64,000 bases of DNA from an uncultured Desulfobulbaceae bacterium (GTDB lineage Bacteria; Desulfobacterota; Desulfobulbia; Desulfobulbales; CALZHT01): assembly GCA_945787445.1 (NCBI GenBank), contig CALZHT010000001.1:22460-86459 (forward strand). The letters are read 5' to 3'. Shown here in pieces: positions 1 through 10,353 of this stretch. The position numbers were made by a program, and so were the translations under genes. The notes below the pieces were generated by a model that saw only the letters and a list, made by a program, of their open reading frames with translations, was not told the origin of the DNA and ran no database searches. Position 1 is the first letter of the stretch; the number at the start of each line of letters is the position of its first letter.

Positions 1-677
1 GCGGCGTAGATAAACCAAGTAATTAACGACCATGTTTCCTTTGGATCCCATTGCCAATATGACCCCCATGCCTGCTTGGCCCAGACCGAACCGGTAATTA
101 TCCCCAATGTCATAAGTGGAAAGCCTATGGCCAGGCAATGGTGATTCAAGCTGTCAAGCGCTTCAAGGGAAGGAAGCCGGCTATAAAACATGCCGAAACG
201 TTTCTTTTTTATTTCTTTTTCCTGCAGCAGATACATAATCCCGCCGCAGAATGCCAAGGCAAGAAAGCTATTGGCTATTAAAGCAATGCTGGCATGAACC
301 GGCAGCCAATTGCTTTGCAGGGCGGGTGGCAGTTCATTTATTTGATTCGATGAAAGTAATGCAACCAACATTAATAAAGAAATCAACGGACTGACAAATG
401 TTCCAAAGTTCTTTACCTGATAGCGCCAGCGAAAAGAAAGATAGCCCCATGTCATGGCAAGAGCAAAGAAGGAAACGGCTTCGTGGTTACTGGTGAGGGG
501 AGTATGACCGGCCATGATATAACGGGATATAAGATAGACCAGATGAAGCACACCAGTTGCCAGCAGAATTGAACGCGCAACTGTTCTGAACTGCTTGTTT
601 TGGTTGTAAAAAAAGATAACATAATTGCTGGAGGCCAGCACATAACCAAAAAATATGATTGAGAAAAATAATGCCAT
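1..677 (-). CDS. ccsA: Cytochrome c biogenesis protein CcsA/CcsB (HemX-like), 3' end runs off the window
   Basis: Manual minus-strand translation from ATG at 677: [17 protein letters not shown]...[15 protein letters not shown]...[35 protein letters not shown], carrying the tryptophan-rich WGxxWxWDPKET motif. Not in the ORF track because it is truncated. Confidence 0.9.
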   Translation of the reverse strand, partial: [225 protein letters not shown]

Positions 678-714
678 GGTTAATGCTTACGTATTTTTTC
701 GATTTGTTTGATGT

Positions 715-1365
715 TTACTTAACTGACAATTCCACATCCATCCCTGTAACGGCCTGAATATGCTTCGCAATTTTTCCCCATTCCTTGTTACTGGCCCATG
801 TGAGCATATCAGAGGAGAGCACGGCATTAAAAATCTTTTTATTGTCTTCATGTGAATTTCCTTGCTCTAATATTGTTTGCCGCACGTTCCCCATAATATC
901 TAAGAGTAAACCATATTCATCGCCAAACTGCTCTTCAAGTTCTTGTCGCAAACGTCTTGCAAGAGCAGGGCTTTTGCCGCCGGTTGAAATTGAAATGGCC
1001 AGATCCCCTCGTCTCAGACTGGCAGGAAGGATAAAATTGCACCATTGTGGAGCATCGGCAACATTAAGTAAGATATTTTTCGCTTCGGCCTCTGCAAAGA
1101 CCGCTTTTTGGACCTCCTGGTCATCCGTCGCCGCGATGACCAGGAATGCTCCTTCAAGATCGCCGTGCTTGTAAACACGATTTTGCCACTGGAATTTACC
1201 GGCTTCTCTAAGAACAGCCAGCTCAGCAGTCAGGTCTGGGCTGATAATCCTAAGCCTGGCGCCACATTCGAGCAAGCTTATCGATTTTCTTTCAGCAACT
1301 GGGCCTCCGCCGATTACAATGCACAAACGATTGGATATATCTAGATTGACGGGAAAGTAATGCAT
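715..1365 (-). CDS. sirC: Precorrin-2 dehydrogenase / sirohydrochlorin ferrochelatase (CysG N-terminal, SirC-like)
   Basis: Rossmann IGGGPVAERK, ATDD, NVAD and ISTGGKSPALAR motifs; sits upstream of ccsA. Confidence 0.9.
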   Translation of the reverse strand: MHYFPVNLDISNRLCIVIGGGPVAERKSISLLECGARLRIISPDLTAELAVLREAGKFQWQNRVYKHGDLEGAFLVIAATDDQEVQKAVFAEAEAKNILLNVADAPQWCNFILPASLRRGDLAISISTGGKSPALARRLRQELEEQFGDEYGLLLDIMGNVRQTILEQGNSHEDNKKIFNAVLSSDMLTWASNKEWGKIAKHIQAVTGMDVELSVK

Positions 1366-1624
1366 TATCCAATAGTATCGCCAATAAAGGCGCCGATTTT
1401 TACCTTTTTATATCAAGGGAAATTATATATTTTATTTTGAAGAGCATAGTAACACAATTAATTTGATTTTACATCCTCCTTGCGCCATATAAGCATGGAG
1501 AGCGATTCAGGTGATTCGCATACAAATTGACAGGCAGGAGTAAATTGTATTACAGATAAACAGATCACTGGTTCGTTTTGTTTTCTTAGAGGCAAATTTT
1601 AATCGGCATGGTAAGAGGTCTTTT

Positions 1625-2020
1625 ATGCAAAAAGGAATATTCAGCATCTCAACTTCAAAAAAAATGGAATTCGCTGATATCACATCTAAAATCGCCCATG
1701 AAATCTCAAATTTGGGTGTTGAAAGCGGTGTCTGCTTTGTGTACAACCCTCATACCACGGCCGGCCTTACCATTAATGAAGGCGCCGATCCGGCGGTCCA
1801 AGAGGACATCATTTCTGTGCTTAAAGAGATTGTGCCCCAGAAATTTCACTATAAACATCTTGAAGGCAACTCCCCCTCCCATGTTAAGGCCTCTTTAATG
1901 GGCAGTTCCATTTCGGTTTTTATTGAAAACGGCGAATTGCAGCTTGGAACCTGGCAAAGGATCTTTTTCTGTGAATTTGATGGGCCACGAACAAGGAAGG
2001 TATATTGGAAAGTACTTTAA
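1625..2020 (+). CDS. yjbQ: YjbQ/UPF0047 family protein (secondary thiamine-phosphate synthase)
   Basis: PHTTAGLTINE, H-x-EGNSPSHVKASL and LGTWQRIFFCEFDGPR motifs. Confidence 0.9.
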   Translation: MQKGIFSISTSKKMEFADITSKIAHEISNLGVESGVCFVYNPHTTAGLTINEGADPAVQEDIISVLKEIVPQKFHYKHLEGNSPSHVKASLMGSSISVFIENGELQLGTWQRIFFCEFDGPRTRKVYWKVL

Positions 2021-2042
2021 CGGCTTGATTTAATGAGAAATA

Positions 2043-2288
2043 ATGGAAAACTCGAAATATTCGTCTGAAAAAAGAACAAACATCCATGAAATATGTTTCG
2101 GCTTAAATAGAGAAACAGATGAACAATCTCTTATCGCATTTCTCAAGCGCTTCACAAATGATGCACTTATTGATACCTTAATTCCTCGGTTGGAATCTCA
2201 AGAAATCAATGATCTTGTCGACTTTCTCACCGGATTAATGCATGCCCATATCACAAAAGAAGAATATCACAGACTGTTTCTTAAATAG
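2043..2288 (+). CDS. Small hypothetical cytoplasmic protein
   Basis: 81-aa ORF packed between yjbQ and the UbiD gene on the same strand; C-terminus EEYHRLFL. Confidence 0.7.
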   Translation: MENSKYSSEKRTNIHEICFGLNRETDEQSLIAFLKRFTNDALIDTLIPRLESQEINDLVDFLTGLMHAHITKEEYHRLFLK

Positions 2289-2366
2289 CGTAAAACAGGG
2301 GTAACAAGCTTATAAAGCATATACTTTTTTTACAGGAAATTCATTAACAAGGGACGAATTACTACT

Positions 2367-4157
2367 TTGCGAAATTCAAAAAATAGAGAAGTCATTAAAG
2401 ATCTCCACAGTTTTCTAGTATTGCTACAAAAGGAATCCGAACTCCACGAAATAGATATCCCTGTTGATCCCTATTTGGAAATTGCTGAAATACACCGTAG
2501 AGTTATCGCCCAAGGCGGACCGGCTCTGCTGTTTACCAATGTGAAGGGCAGCCGGTTTCCGGTGGCTACCAATCTTTTCGGTTCACACCGCCGGCTTGAG
2601 CTTGCGTTCGGCCGTCGCCCCCAACAGTTTGTCACCGATGTGGTAAGGGCGGCCGAAACCCTCTTGCCGCCGTCCTTTTCGAAGATATGGTCTTTTCGTC
2701 ACCTATTTGTGCAAGGCCTTAAGATAGGGACCAAAAGAATCTCCACCGCCCCTATTCTCGAAGAAAAACAAGTCCCTGCGAGACTTATGGAACTGCCTCT
2801 GCTCACCTCATGGCATACGGATGGCGGCGCTTTTGTCACCTTACCCTTGGTCTACACCGAACATCCGGGCGGAAAAGGCCATAACCTCGGGATGTACAGA
2901 ATCCAACGCTATGATGACCAAACAACCGGTATCCATTGGCAAATTCATAAAGGAGGAGGCTATCACTATCATGAAGCGGAACTACGCGATGAGCCTCTGC
3001 CTCTCTCTCTTTTTATTGGCGGCCCACCTGCGCTTATGATGGCAGCCATTGCTCCTCTTCCTGAAAACATACCCGAGCTGATGCTTGCTTCGTTGCTTTT
3101 GGGAGATAAATTGCCTTTGATCAATGATCCTGCCGGTGGCCATCCCCTTGTTGCCTCTGCTGAGTTTACTGCAAAGGGCGTTGTGCCCCCCCACCTCAGA
3201 CGGCCTGAAGGACCATTTGGCGACCATTACGGTTATAATTCACTAACCCACGATTATCCTGTTTTTCAAGTTGATCGGCTCTACCACCGAAAAAATGCGA
3301 TTTATCCGGCCACGGTTGTGGGCCGGCCCCGCCAGGAAGATTTTTATATCGGCGATTTTCTGCAGGACCTACTTTCGCCATTATTCCCGTTGGTTATGAG
3401 CGGAGTGCGACAGCTCAAGACCTTCGGAGAAACTGGCTTTCACTGCCTGGCTGCGGCACGAGTTCAGGACCGCTATCCCAGAGAAGCTTTTGCTTCAGGC
3501 CTTCGCATTCTTGGTGAAGGGCAATTGTCTTTGACTAAATTTCTCATCATAACCGATGGAGATATTGATGTTGCTGACTTCAAAAAACTTTGGGTCCATG
3601 TGCTTGAGCGGGTCGACTGGCAAAAGGACCTGTTTGTTTTTGCCAATGTCTCGCAAGATACCCTGGATTATACTGGTCCTTCGGTGAATACCGGCTCAAA
3701 GGGGATGCTTATGGGTCTTGGCAAAGATCCCAGAAACATTCTGCCTGAAAAATTTACTGGCGATCTTCCCCATGGTTGCAGCGCTCCCAAAGTCTTTCTG
3801 CCCGGCACCCTGGTAATTCAAGGTGATACTTTTCAAGCTGATAACGGTTTCGCAGATCGTCTGGCAAAATCGCAGGAACTAAAAGATTGGCCCATTGTCT
3901 TGCTGGTCGACAGCACTGCTCAAGCAACAGAAAGTCTGCAGGAATTTTTATGGGCCTTCTTTACCCGGTTTGAACCGGCTGCAGATATTCATGCCAGTTT
4001 AAGAACTGAAAAACGTTTTCATGTAGGGCTCAAGTCGCCCATTGTTTTTGACTGCCGCCTGAAGCCCTGGTATCCACATGTTCTTGAAGTTGATCCCAAT
4101 ACCAAAGCTTTGGTTGATGAAAAAATGGTCAAAATATTACCTTCCCAATGGCGCTAA
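2367..4157 (+). CDS. UbiD family prFMN-dependent decarboxylase (probably menaquinone/futalosine pathway)
   Basis: GGPALLF, NLGMYR and EGPFGDHYGY motifs; 596 aa. Confidence 0.85.
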   Translation: MRNSKNREVIKDLHSFLVLLQKESELHEIDIPVDPYLEIAEIHRRVIAQGGPALLFTNVKGSRFPVATNLFGSHRRLELAFGRRPQQFVTDVVRAAETLLPPSFSKIWSFRHLFVQGLKIGTKRISTAPILEEKQVPARLMELPLLTSWHTDGGAFVTLPLVYTEHPGGKGHNLGMYRIQRYDDQTTGIHWQIHKGGGYHYHEAELRDEPLPLSLFIGGPPALMMAAIAPLPENIPELMLASLLLGDKLPLINDPAGGHPLVASAEFTAKGVVPPHLRRPEGPFGDHYGYNSLTHDYPVFQVDRLYHRKNAIYPATVVGRPRQEDFYIGDFLQDLLSPLFPLVMSGVRQLKTFGETGFHCLAAARVQDRYPREAFASGLRILGEGQLSLTKFLIITDGDIDVADFKKLWVHVLERVDWQKDLFVFANVSQDTLDYTGPSVNTGSKGMLMGLGKDPRNILPEKFTGDLPHGCSAPKVFLPGTLVIQGDTFQADNGFADRLAKSQELKDWPIVLLVDSTAQATESLQEFLWAFFTRFEPAADIHASLRTEKRFHVGLKSPIVFDCRLKPWYPHVLEVDPNTKALVDEKMVKILPSQWR

Positions 4158-4247
4158 AGATGCAATTGCTCTTTTAATAAATTCTTTAATGCTTGACCAA
4201 AAATATGCCGACCAGATACTATACAGGAGAAAATAGGAGGAAGGCTC

Positions 4248-4688
4248 ATGAAAATAAACGAACTGTTCGGTAAAAAATTTGCCGACGTCATACAACCTGG
4301 TAATAATAAATCATCATCAAGCCAACTGTTTGACGATATACTTAGGCAAGAAGTTGAGCGTGGTGGCCAGGCAGCGCAAACCTCTGAAATCTCTGGAACC
4401 AGAAATGAAGTTACCCCCATCTCCGCTGAACTGCGACTTAAAGGGTTGGAGTTAACAGAAAATACCTTATCTACCCTTGCCACCTATAGCCGTGCTCTTG
4501 AAAATATACAGCACAAAGCTTCGGACCTGGAACCCTTTATAGCGGCTCTCGAACTAGAGACCGCTTCACTTCTCGAAGTGAAAAGCCAACTGGACCAAAA
4601 TGATCCTTTGGCAAAACTCCTTGACCAGGTGTCAACGGTTAGTTATGTGGAAACCGTCAAATACCGGAGAGGCGACTATACCGCCTGA
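4248..4688 (+). CDS. Hypothetical helical protein
   Basis: Strong RBS (AGGAGG) upstream; 146 aa, ends ETVKYRRGDY. Confidence 0.7.
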   Translation: MKINELFGKKFADVIQPGNNKSSSSQLFDDILRQEVERGGQAAQTSEISGTRNEVTPISAELRLKGLELTENTLSTLATYSRALENIQHKASDLEPFIAALELETASLLEVKSQLDQNDPLAKLLDQVSTVSYVETVKYRRGDYTA

Positions 4689-4720
4689 TTTTTCCCTCTT
4701 TTCGCATCCCCCTTGTATCC

Positions 4721-5455
4721 ATGGAAGAACGGCTTCAAAAAATTTTAGCCCGTGCTGGTATAGGATCGCGCCGGAAATCAGAAGAATTCATAAAGCAGGG
4801 AAAGGTTGCCGTTGATGGTCGTATCATTACTGAGCTTGGCTTTAAAGTTGACCCACAACGACACTCCATCTCTTTTGAGGGAAAGCCTCTGTCCCTTGAT
4901 GAAAAAAAAACATATATCTTACTGAATAAGCCGAAAGGCTATGTCACAACGCTGCATGATCCCCAGAAACGGCCCATTATCTCTGCTCTATGTGCAGATA
5001 TTCCTGTTCGTTTGTATCCTGTGGGAAGACTCGATATAGATACCGAAGGAGCATTACTCCTAACTAATGATGGCGAATTGGCACATAAAGTCCTGCATCC
5101 TCGTTATGAAGTAAGAAAAACATATATTGCCAAAGTTTATGGACATCCTTCAGCAAAAAAATTGCAGCAGCTTGCAAAGGGTATTGCCATTGAAGGCAAG
5201 GTGACCGCGCCGGCCTCCCTGAGGATTTTAGAAAAAAAGCAGTCAACAACCTCTCTTGAGATAATCATTCATGAAGGACGCAAACGGCAGGTACGTAAAA
5301 TGTTTACAGCTATTGGGCATCATGTAATTGCTTTAAAAAGAGTTGCTTACGGCAACCTGAAACTAGGAAAGCTACCCCTTGGAAAATATCGTGTTTTAGG
5401 AAAAAAAGATATTGCCAGAATATTTTCTTATAAAAATCCTCTTTACAATCCATAA
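4721..5455 (+). CDS. rluB: 23S rRNA pseudouridine synthase, RsuA/RluB family
   Basis: S4 domain (ERLQKILARAGIGSRRKSEE), NKPKG, catalytic GRLD, EGRKRQVR. Confidence 0.85.
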   Translation: MEERLQKILARAGIGSRRKSEEFIKQGKVAVDGRIITELGFKVDPQRHSISFEGKPLSLDEKKTYILLNKPKGYVTTLHDPQKRPIISALCADIPVRLYPVGRLDIDTEGALLLTNDGELAHKVLHPRYEVRKTYIAKVYGHPSAKKLQQLAKGIAIEGKVTAPASLRILEKKQSTTSLEIIIHEGRKRQVRKMFTAIGHHVIALKRVAYGNLKLGKLPLGKYRVLGKKDIARIFSYKNPLYNP

Positions 5456-5540
5456 GTTACTGGTATAAGATATTGTAACAATCTGTATTTAATTGGTTTT
5501 ATTAAATTTAACAGCGCCCAACCGTTTAAGGAGTCTTGCA

Positions 5541-5819
5541 ATGAACAAATCTGAACTCATAGAAACCCTTGCCCAGGAGATCAACATGCCCCTTCGTGAG
5601 GCCAGTTCTGTTATCAACACCATCCTAGAGTCAATGATCGAAGCATTGGCCTCCGGCGATCATATTGAAATACGGGGATTTGGTAGCTTCATGATCAAAG
5701 AGTATGAATCATACCACGGCAGGAACCCGAAAACAGGCGAAAAAATCAAAGTGCCACCCAAGAAGCTGCCCTTCTTTAAAGTTGGTAAAGAACTCAAAGA
5801 GCGTGTAAACAACCTGTAA
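5541..5819 (+). CDS. ihfB: Integration host factor beta / HU family DNA-binding protein
   Basis: MNKSELIE...IEIRGFGSF...GRNPKTGE...PFFKVGKELKERVN; start placed at ATG 5541 after AAGGAG. Confidence 0.85.
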   Translation: MNKSELIETLAQEINMPLREASSVINTILESMIEALASGDHIEIRGFGSFMIKEYESYHGRNPKTGEKIKVPPKKLPFFKVGKELKERVNNL

Positions 5820-5833
5820 TATTAAAAATAACC

Positions 5834-7189
5834 TTATCCTTTCTTTTCTTGGGTGCCAACTATTTCGCCAACTAAATCATAGGTGTGCGCTTCCGTGATT
5901 TTGACGTTGACAATCTCTCCTGGGGAACTGACTCCGTCTGTTATATAAACACAGCCATCAACATCAGGTGCCTGGTATTTCGTACGGCCCTCAAGGAGTA
6001 AATCTGTTTCAGAGCTTACTCCTTCCACCAAAACCTTCAGGTTGTGCCCGACCCATTTGTTATTCTGTGCAAAGGAAATGTCGGCCTGAATTTCCATGAT
6101 CTGTTGCCGACGCGCCTCTTTTTCTTCATCCGGCACCTGATCTGCATATTCTGAAGCTGCACTTCCCTCTTCATTGCAATAGGTAAAAACACCAACATGA
6201 TCGAGCTTGGCACTCTTGATAAAATCTATGAGTTCTGCATGATCATCTTCTGTTTCACCCGGAAATCCTACCATAAAGGTGGTACGAATGGCCACGGGAG
6301 ACAATTGTTCCCTTATTTTCTTAAGCAGCAGCGCAATGTCATTTTTTCCATAAGGCCTTTTCATAGCATGCAATACATGATCACTGACGTGCTGAAATGG
6401 GACATCAAGGTAAGGCACTATCCTCGGATTGTCTTGCATTACTGCGAGCACGCTATCATCCACTTTGGATGGATAGAGGTAAAGCAGCCTGATCCATGGA
6501 ATCGAACAATTTTTGAGTAAAATCGTTAATAATTCAGGAAGTCGAGGTCCATTATCCCCCTGCTCAGATCCATAGGCTGTTAGGTCTTGGCCAATAAGGG
6601 TAAGCTCTTTAACACCAGATTCCTGCAAGGCGCAAGCTTCAAAAACAAGATCATCTATGGATCTGCTCCGCAAATTTCCACGAATTGACGGGATCAGGCA
6701 ATACGAACATCGATTTATACACCCTTCTGTTATTTTTAAAAAAGCACGGTGCGATGGAGTAGACAGACGCCGCGGGGTATTATGGGTCATTATGTATGAC
6801 GGGCTACGCAATGCAAACACCGGCTTCTTTGCCTGCTCCATTTGGTTAATTTTATCGACAATGCGATGAAAACCTTCTGTGCCGAGAAACAAATCAACCT
6901 CCGGCAGCTCTGCCTGCAATTTCTTGCCATAGCGTTGAACCATACAACCGGTAACAACAAGCTTTTTTGTTGGATTTTCTTTTTTAATCCGTGCCAAGGC
7001 CAGTATTTCGTCAATCCCCTCCTCAAGGGCCGGCTGAATAAAGCCACAGGTATTGACCAATAAAAGATCTGCCTCTTCCGCAGTTTTGCTGATTTGAAAC
7101 CCATCCCGAGACAAAAGGCCAAGCATAACTTCGGAATCGACCAGATTTTTTGAGCACCCTAAGCTAATGAGAAAACACTTCTTATTCAC
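5834..7189 (-). CDS. rimO: Ribosomal protein S12 methylthiotransferase
   Basis: SLGCSKNLVDSE, NTCGFI, radical SAM CxxxCxxC (GCINRCSYC), C-terminal TRAM domain with QAPDVDG. Confidence 0.93.
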   Translation of the reverse strand: MNKKCFLISLGCSKNLVDSEVMLGLLSRDGFQISKTAEEADLLLVNTCGFIQPALEEGIDEILALARIKKENPTKKLVVTGCMVQRYGKKLQAELPEVDLFLGTEGFHRIVDKINQMEQAKKPVFALRSPSYIMTHNTPRRLSTPSHRAFLKITEGCINRCSYCLIPSIRGNLRSRSIDDLVFEACALQESGVKELTLIGQDLTAYGSEQGDNGPRLPELLTILLKNCSIPWIRLLYLYPSKVDDSVLAVMQDNPRIVPYLDVPFQHVSDHVLHAMKRPYGKNDIALLLKKIREQLSPVAIRTTFMVGFPGETEDDHAELIDFIKSAKLDHVGVFTYCNEEGSAASEYADQVPDEEKEARRQQIMEIQADISFAQNNKWVGHNLKVLVEGVSSETDLLLEGRTKYQAPDVDGCVYITDGVSSPGEIVNVKITEAHTYDLVGEIVGTQEKKG

Positions 7190-7226
7190 AACTATCCTGA
7201 CTTTATGGTATTTTTTTGCTTGTTTC

Positions 7227-7435
7227 CTAACCCGTATTTCTCACAAAGATTGTAGCGAGATCCTGGAAAGTACTGTGGATACAAGGCGCGGGAAGGAAAA
7301 CACCCGCAGGCATACTTTCAGTACGTTGAGGATGTTTTTCAAGCACCCCAAGAGTATTTGCTTCGCGGCACGCAACGCAGTAGACGCAATACTTTCCGGA
7401 ATCGCAGTAGATCGCTTGTGAGAAATGCGGGCTAA
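7227..7435. mobile_element. MITE-like non-autonomous element (~200 bp)
   Basis: TIRs CCCGTATTTCTCACAA (7231-7246) and TTGTGAGAAATGCGGG (7416-7431) match 15/16; CTAA directly repeated on both flanks (7227-7230, 7432-7435); a further subterminal inverted repeat lies inside. Confidence 0.75.
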
Positions 7436-8175
7436 GCAATCTTTCCAGCAAACTGACAATAATCAAACAATACGTTCATGACTTGGCTGCTTCGCTTCTT
7501 GAATTCTCTAGTATTGAAACCCTTCTGCCAATGTCCGCTCCACAGCGCATCTGATACCAACGATACGGCACAGATGGAAATATTTCGAAAGGCAGCAACG
7601 GTACAGAGGGCGGTGAACTCCATATCTACGCCGAGAACACCTTGATTTTTATACCCAATCACCTTGTCTATCGTTTCTCGATAAGGTGCATCCGTGGTCC
7701 AAATAGGTCCTTCTATCACATTCATATTATTTTTTTGCAAAATTTTCCTGATTTTGCCTCTGGATTTTTTGCTCGACTCAGGCTGCTCAAAAAGGGGATA
7801 ATGCTGGGATGTCCCTTCTTCGCTGACTCCCCAGGTAGGTATCAGTATGTCGCCAATTTTCAGTTCAGGAGTCAGTGTCCCGCACCATCCGAACACAATA
7901 ATTTCCCTTGCGCCTATGGCAATAAGCTTTTCCAAGGTCATTACCGCCATCGGCGCGCCAACAGCAGGACCAGTCACAAAAAAGGGCTTTCTGTCGCTAT
8001 CTGAAGCCACGTGCATAAGTTGTGCATTAAAGATTCTATACTGCCTGCCACCAAGATCCTGGGCCGTTTTTATCCCTTTAATGGTCTCTGTCGGATTGAT
8101 GATCAATATGCCGGTAACGGGCAGCAGCGGATCTTTCTTGTCTCTTATTGGCTCAATAAGTACTTCTTTTTGCAT
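7432..8175 (-). CDS. Nucleoside phosphorylase (PNP/UDP family 1)
   Basis: VGAP, GWCGTL, EEGTSQHY, WTTDAPYRET and VDME motifs; start taken at MQKEV (8175). Confidence 0.85.
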   Translation of the reverse strand: MQKEVLIEPIRDKKDPLLPVTGILIINPTETIKGIKTAQDLGGRQYRIFNAQLMHVASDSDRKPFFVTGPAVGAPMAVMTLEKLIAIGAREIIVFGWCGTLTPELKIGDILIPTWGVSEEGTSQHYPLFEQPESSKKSRGKIRKILQKNNMNVIEGPIWTTDAPYRETIDKVIGYKNQGVLGVDMEFTALCTVAAFRNISICAVSLVSDALWSGHWQKGFNTREFKKRSSQVMNVLFDYCQFAGKIA

Positions 8176-8376
8176 TTTTGCGCCCGAGTAAAGATAATCA
8201 CGAATAAATCGGCAACCTGGCACCTGTGCCTTGTGGTTTCGAGGAATTGAAACAGATTACTTTGATGAATCTATACTTGTGGGAGTTAATAGTGTTTGTT
8301 TCATTAGCAGATGATTCAATAAAAAACAGGTTTTGTTTTTATCCGTTTTCCATCCACAATACAATGATTTCCGGTC

Positions 8377-8411
8377 AAAAAAAAAGGCCACGGGAAAATT
8401 CCCGTGGCCTT
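8377..8411 (-). terminator. Rho-independent terminator of the atp F0 operon
   Basis: Stem AAGGCCACGGGAA / TTCCCGTGGCCTT (8384-8411) followed on the minus strand by a U9 tract. Confidence 0.85.
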
Positions 8412-8460
8412 CAAGTGCTAAAAAGCTGGATATAGCTGATCGTTGCTATCTGTTTTTTTA

Positions 8461-8823
<363 letters not shown>

Positions 8824-8884
8824 TTATTTGTTTGGCCTTCTTCCACTATTTTTTCTGTAAACCAAAAGGTATTCTTTCATATTG

Positions 8885-9607
8885 TTAATGGGCGTGCTCC
8901 ATGGCGGCGGAAAAGTACAGGATTGAAAGGAGCACAAAAACCAGCGCCTGTACAACTGATACGAATACGCCCAGGCACAGGATCGGCAGCGGTGCAAAAT
9001 AGGCGCCGGCCAGCATAAAGAGGATGCCGAGCAGGGTCTCTTTTGCCATGATATTGCCAAAAAGTCGAATGGACAGGGAAAGAATACGTGCCAAATGGCT
9101 GATAACTTCGATGGGAAATATTAACGGAATCAGCCAGGGAACAGGTCCGAGAAAATGCTTAATATAGCCAACACCATGGAACTTCAGGCCGAGAATATGG
9201 GTGGTCGTGAATACAATAAGTGTGCATCCAAGGGTAACATTCAAATTGGAGGTGGGCGACATGAAGCCCGGCATTAAACCTATAATATTGGCGACAAGAA
9301 TATAAAAAGCAAAGGTGGCGAGCATGGGAAACATCATTCTGGCGCCCTCTTTGCCCATGTTTTCTGCCATAAATCCTTCAAGGCCGCCTATAACCGCCTC
9401 CCAGAAGTTCTGGCCCTTGCCTGGAATCATCTCCATTTTGCCCATGGTAAGCTTGGGGATGAGGATTAAAAAAGCCATAGCCAACCAGGTATAGGTCATG
9501 TGCGGCGATACAAGTTTCGCCAGAAGGGTTTCCCCAACCAAGGTATGGGGGACAGGGAGCCCCAATGCTTCCAAAATAACAGAGATAAATAAAATCGGAT
9601 GTTCCAT
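8885..9607 (-). CDS. atpB: ATP synthase F0 subunit a
   Basis: SLSIRLFGNI with the essential Arg; VQALVF...LSILY. Confidence 0.95.
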   Translation of the reverse strand: MEHPILFISVILEALGLPVPHTLVGETLLAKLVSPHMTYTWLAMAFLILIPKLTMGKMEMIPGKGQNFWEAVIGGLEGFMAENMGKEGARMMFPMLATFAFYILVANIIGLMPGFMSPTSNLNVTLGCTLIVFTTTHILGLKFHGVGYIKHFLGPVPWLIPLIFPIEVISHLARILSLSIRLFGNIMAKETLLGILFMLAGAYFAPLPILCLGVFVSVVQALVFVLLSILYFSAAMEHAH

Positions 9608-9613
9608 GGTCTC

Positions 9614-10030
9614 TTACGAAGCCTCCTTAGCCTTGAAAAATATTCTTTTTGCCTCGCTGGCAACTGCTATCATAACACTCAGAACAACAGTCGATAATCC
9701 TGCCAGAAGGCCCATTGTATGGACGTCTTGGTGCTTTATGAGCACATATAGTATCACTGCAAGCAGTGTAAATCGTGCGTAATATTTTATAAAAAACCGT
9801 ATCTTTACAACTTTTAACGGCCCGCCCAGCAATGCTGTCAGATCTTTTTTAAGCAGCGCAAAACTCAGATTGGCTACTATTCCGCCAATGAGTATCGAGA
9901 GTGCTATGTGCAGTGAAAACGTCAGCCACCCTGCCGCTGTCATCGCAGCTAACAGAATCCAGGTATATGCCTGGATTCTTGATAGGGAAAATTCGGCATC
10001 AATCTGCGTTATTTCCGCCATGCGCTTCAA
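9614..10030 (-). CDS. atpI: ATP synthase subunit I
   Basis: Four-TM protein immediately upstream of atpB. Confidence 0.8.
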   Translation of the reverse strand: MKRMAEITQIDAEFSLSRIQAYTWILLAAMTAAGWLTFSLHIALSILIGGIVANLSFALLKKDLTALLGGPLKVVKIRFFIKYYARFTLLAVILYVLIKHQDVHTMGLLAGLSTVVLSVMIAVASEAKRIFFKAKEAS

Positions 10031-10251
10031 AGATCCTTTCTCTTGGCCATCCTAAAAAGATTTAAAAAAGCTGCCGCAATTCCAAATCCTAAAAATATCA
10101 AGGTCAGCCACGGAGAAGTTCGGCCCTTAAAAACCTTGTGGTCCAAGTAATAACCAATACCTACGCCAATAAAAATGGAGAAGGCAACGGTCATCCCAAT
10201 AGTGCTGAAATCCGCCAACAGTTTCATTATTTCTTTGCGGTCGTTGGACAT
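10027..10251 (-). CDS. atpZ: AtpZ/AtpI family (ATPase gene 1) membrane protein
   Basis: GVGIGYYLD...PWLTLIFLGFGIAAAF motif; first gene of the operon. Confidence 0.85.
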   Translation of the reverse strand: MSNDRKEIMKLLADFSTIGMTVAFSIFIGVGIGYYLDHKVFKGRTSPWLTLIFLGFGIAAAFLNLFRMAKRKDL

Positions 10252-10353
10252 CTGATTTTTCTTTACATCACTTTCAGTATGAGATGACCAAAAATGAATA
10301 ACGCTTCATTTCCTATCATGGCCAATCCTCAAAGTCAACGGATTTTTTTGCTC

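Noticed and set aside
7227-7466. 79-aa Cys-containing ORF (and overlapping 72- and 84-aa ORFs) between the phosphorylase and rimO
   Set aside because: It coincides with the TIR-bounded element and is best explained as a chance ORF in a repeat.
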